A DNA stretch of 64,000 nt from Candidatus Latescibacterota bacterium (GTDB taxonomy: Bacteria > Latescibacterota > UBA2968 > UBA8231): contig OZ220089.1 in NCBI GenBank assembly GCA_964291625.2, positions 2,528,001 through 2,592,000 on the forward strand. Direction: 5' to 3'. Position numbers and translations under genes: made by a program. A model generated the notes under the pieces. That model searched no databases and had not been told where the DNA came from. It saw only the letters and a program-made list of their open reading frames with translations. Positions 61,312-64,000 of the stretch are shown one piece after another (the first letter of the stretch is position 1; each line of letters starts with the position of its first letter).

Positions 61312-63053
61312 TCAGCCCGCCGGCTCGCGGCGGTAGCGGTCAAGCTCCGCCGGGAAGTGCTCCACGAGGGACTCGATCGGCGCCGGCGTCAGCCCTCCCA
61401 TGGCGCACAGGCTGCCGAACTTCATCGTCTCGCAGAGATCGCCGAGCAGCTCCAGCCGCTGATCGGTGACGCCGCTTTCCATCATCTGATCGAAGAGCTC
61501 GGTGCCGCGCACGGCGCCGATTCGACAGGGAAAGCACTTGCCGCAGCTCTCCACGGCGCAGAAGTGGAACAGGCCGCGGCCGATCTTCACGAGGTCGTCC
61601 TCCTGCGAGTAGACGACGATGCCGCCGTGGCCCAGCAGGGCCCCGGCGGCGGCCATGGCCTCGAACTCCAGCGGCGTGTCGAGCAGCGGCTCCGGCAACA
61701 GGCCGCCGAGGGGGCCGCCCACCTGCACCGCCTTGAAGGCCTGTCCGTCGGCCATGCCGCCGGCCTTCCGGAAGATCACCTCGCGGAGGGTGGTGCCGAG
61801 CTCGACCTCGTAGAGCCCGGGCCGCCGCACCCGCGAGTTGAGGCTCAGGAGCTTGGTGCCCCGCGAGCTCTCGCTGCCGAGGGCCGCGTAGGCGTCGCCG
61901 CCGTGCTCGACGATCCAGGGGAGGTTGTGGATCGTCTCCACGTTGTTGACCGCCGTCGGGCAGCGCCACAGACCCTCCTGGGCCGGGAAGGGTGGCCGCG
62001 TGCCGACCAGCGCCGGCAGGCCCTCCAGCGAGCGCAGCAGGCTCGTCTCCTCCCCGCAGATGTAGGCGCCCTGCCCCCGGACCACGGTGATCTCGCAGTC
62101 CTCGAGGAACCCGGCGGCGCGGGCCTCGGCCACGGCCTGCTCGAGGACCCGCCGGGCCCGGGGGTACTCGAAACGGGCGTAGATCCAGGCGTGCCGGGCG
62201 CCGGTGGCGTAAGCGGCCAGCAGCACGCCCTCGATCTGGGTGTGGGGGTCGCGCTCGATCAGCTCCTTGTCGATGTAGGCCCCGGCGTCGCCCTCGTCGA
62301 AGTTGACGACCACGAAGCGCCGGCCCGAGCCGTCCGGGGCCTCGCTGTCGGCCACCGTCTGCAGCTTGACCCCGGCCGGGAACCCGGCGCCGCCGCGCCC
62401 CGCAGCTGGCTGGCCTTGACTTCGTCGATCACCTCCTGCGGCGTCATGGAGGAGAGGGCCTTCTCGAGCCCTGAGTAGATGCCGCGGGTCCTCGCCTGGT
62501 CCAGGCCCGCGACCTCGTGGCCGGCGTGGCGCAGCAGCACGCAGGGCTCGCCGTCGTCCGGCGGGTAGACGGCGTTGACCGGTTCCTGGAGGCTGTGCTC
62601 CCCGGAGCCGCGGACGTGGTCGAGGGCGTCTTCCAGTGAGCCGCTGCCGGCGAGGGACAGGGGCTCGCCGTCGACCATGGCGTTGGGCCCGAGGCCGCAG
62701 TAGCCGAGACAGGCCACGTGCTCGAGGCGGGCCCCCTCGGGGGAGACATCTCCGGCCTCGATTCCGAGGGCGTCTTCGCAGCGGGAGAGGACGGCGTCGC
62801 AGCCGGCGGCCCGGCAGGCTTCGCCGATGCAGATCTTGAGGGAATGCTCGGCCGGCCGGTCCTGCCCTAGCTCGTCGTAGAACCTGGCCGTGGCGCGCAC
62901 GTGGGACGGCGGCAGGTTGTGGTCCCGGGCCAGCCTCAGGATGTCGTCGTCGGTGACCGCCCCCTGCCGCTCGTGGATGCGGGCCAGCTCGTCGTAGACG
63001 GTCCGGCCCTCACCGAGAAACTTGTTCTGCAGGGCGATGAGGTTGCGGGACAT
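61312..63053 (-). CDS. Fused NuoE/NuoF-like (FdsG-FdsB) diaphorase subunit; 1-nt frameshift near 62398-62401
   Basis: ORF 62259..63053 carries C....C and CLG.C..GP (2Fe-2S). ORF 61312..62355 carries NFDEGD.G, GAYICGEET and ESCGKCFPCR.G. Adding one G restores LRGRGGAGFP. Confidence 0.87.
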
Positions 63054-63244
63054 GGGCAGGGGAGGGCGAATGGGAGGTTGGGGAGAGGGCCGGGGCGGGG
63101 AGCCGGCGCGGAATCGCGGGTGTCTCGTAAACTAATGATGGACTCTAGGGCGAGAAAGAGGGCTGCCCGCGGCACCCTGACGGCAGGGCGGACCTTGGCT
63201 CCAGTGGAAGCGGCGGTGTACCTGTGGCAGGTGCGCGGGAGAGT

Positions 63245-64000
63245 CTACTCCGGAAGGACACGCGGATACGCTCCCTGCACGTGCCCGCGGTGGTAGCACA
63301 GGCCACCGGCCGCGACGGCTCTCCGCAGGTCCTCCAGCGTGCCCCGGAACAGGCGCAGGCCGCGGTCGAGCACGCACGTTCCGGCGCGCGCGGCGGGCAA
63401 GGTATCCATCACCAGTTGGGCTTCGTCGGCGGCGGCGCGCCACTTGCGGGCCAGCAGCGCCGCGTCGGGAGGGTTTCCCTCGAAGGCCAGCTCCGACAGC
63501 TCGTCCCGGGTGTAGCGGGCCGAGCGGCGGGCGTGGTTCAGAATGGCGCCGGGTCCGAAGCCCGGGTCCTTGCCGCACGCACCCCACAGCAGGAGTCCGA
63601 GGTGTTGCACGCGCTCGTGGGCGGAGATGACGTCGACCCAGTCGCGCGCCTCGAGTCTCCCGACCATCGCCAGGACCTTGTTGGTGGCCAGGTCGTAGGG
63701 GTGGAGGGTCAGGCCGAAGTCTTCGTGCTCGACGAGGGGAAAGAACCGGTAGGCGCTGTCGCGCGCCCACTGCAGGCGCAGGCGGGCCTCGCCGCTGCCC
63801 ACGACGGCCTCGATGAAGGCCGGCCGGTCGCGCAGAACCTCCAGATGGAACCCTTCATCCTGCAGAAGGCGCCGGTCCCTGTCCCAAGTGACGAGCAGAG
63901 CCTCGTCACTGTCGTGAAACAGGTCGAGGTCGTCGGACAGGCGGGGCGCCTGGATCACCTCGTTGAGAGCGGCCGCGCCGGCGACATAGCTGTCGCCGCG
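63245..64000 (-). CDS. AbiEii/AbiGii-like nucleotidyltransferase family protein (start beyond window end)
   Basis: Frame is open to 64000: SYVAGAAALN....RLSDDLDLF, later DLATNKV.A...R..ARD.VD. Confidence 0.65.
   Translation of the reverse strand, partial: RGDSYVAGAAALNEVIQAPRLSDDLDLFHDSDEALLVTWDRDRRLLQDEGFHLEVLRDRPAFIEAVVGSGEARLRLQWARDSAYRFFPLVEHEDFGLTLHPYDLATNKVLAMVGRLEARDWVDVISAHERVQHLGLLLWGACGKDPGFGPGAILNHARRSARYTRDELSELAFEGNPPDAALLARKWRAAADEAQLVMDTLPAARAGTCVLDRGLRLFRGTLEDLRRAVAAGGLCYHRGHVQGAYPRVLPE

Overview
This high-GC bacterial chromosome segment spans the replication origin. The gene order is gyrB(partial)-dciA-recF-dnaN-oriC-dnaA <> rpmH-rnpA-yidD-yidC-mnmE-parS x2-rsmG. It continues with housekeeping genes (CDP-alcohol phosphatidyltransferase, tmk, S41 protease, RNase E/G, rplU-rpmA) and an E. 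coli-type frdABCD-sucCD operon. A long minus-strand block follows: large TPR protein, sigma54 activator, HtrA, aminopeptidase P, a System I*-like ccm cluster with a CcmF-CcmH fusion, two tandem DUF151-UVR proteins, a lipoprotein, two glycosyltransferases and a PufC-like diheme cytochrome. Next come ispE-tRNA-Gln-rplY-pth-hppA-rpsF-DUF2232-rplI, a PhyH/Ldh_2 pair, gap, a DtxR-like regulator with a Cys-rich tail, and two tandem secreted beta-helix proteins with FlgD-Ig/T9SS-type C-terminal domains. The window ends with an NAD-linked formate dehydrogenase (fused gamma-beta subunit) and a partial AbiEii-like nucleotidyltransferase. Gene content suggests an FCB-superphylum lineage such as Latescibacterota (inference). 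Three genes are broken by single-base deletions in G/C homopolymers, probably long-read errors. No CRISPR array, rRNA or transposase was seen. Family calls come from motif recognition by eye; no database search was run. The best leads are the paired DUF151-UVR operon with a palindromic operator, the unusual cytochrome c maturation cluster, GyrB lacking both coumarin-binding arginines, a second DnaA-box cluster near parS, and the duplicated beta-helix secreted proteins.
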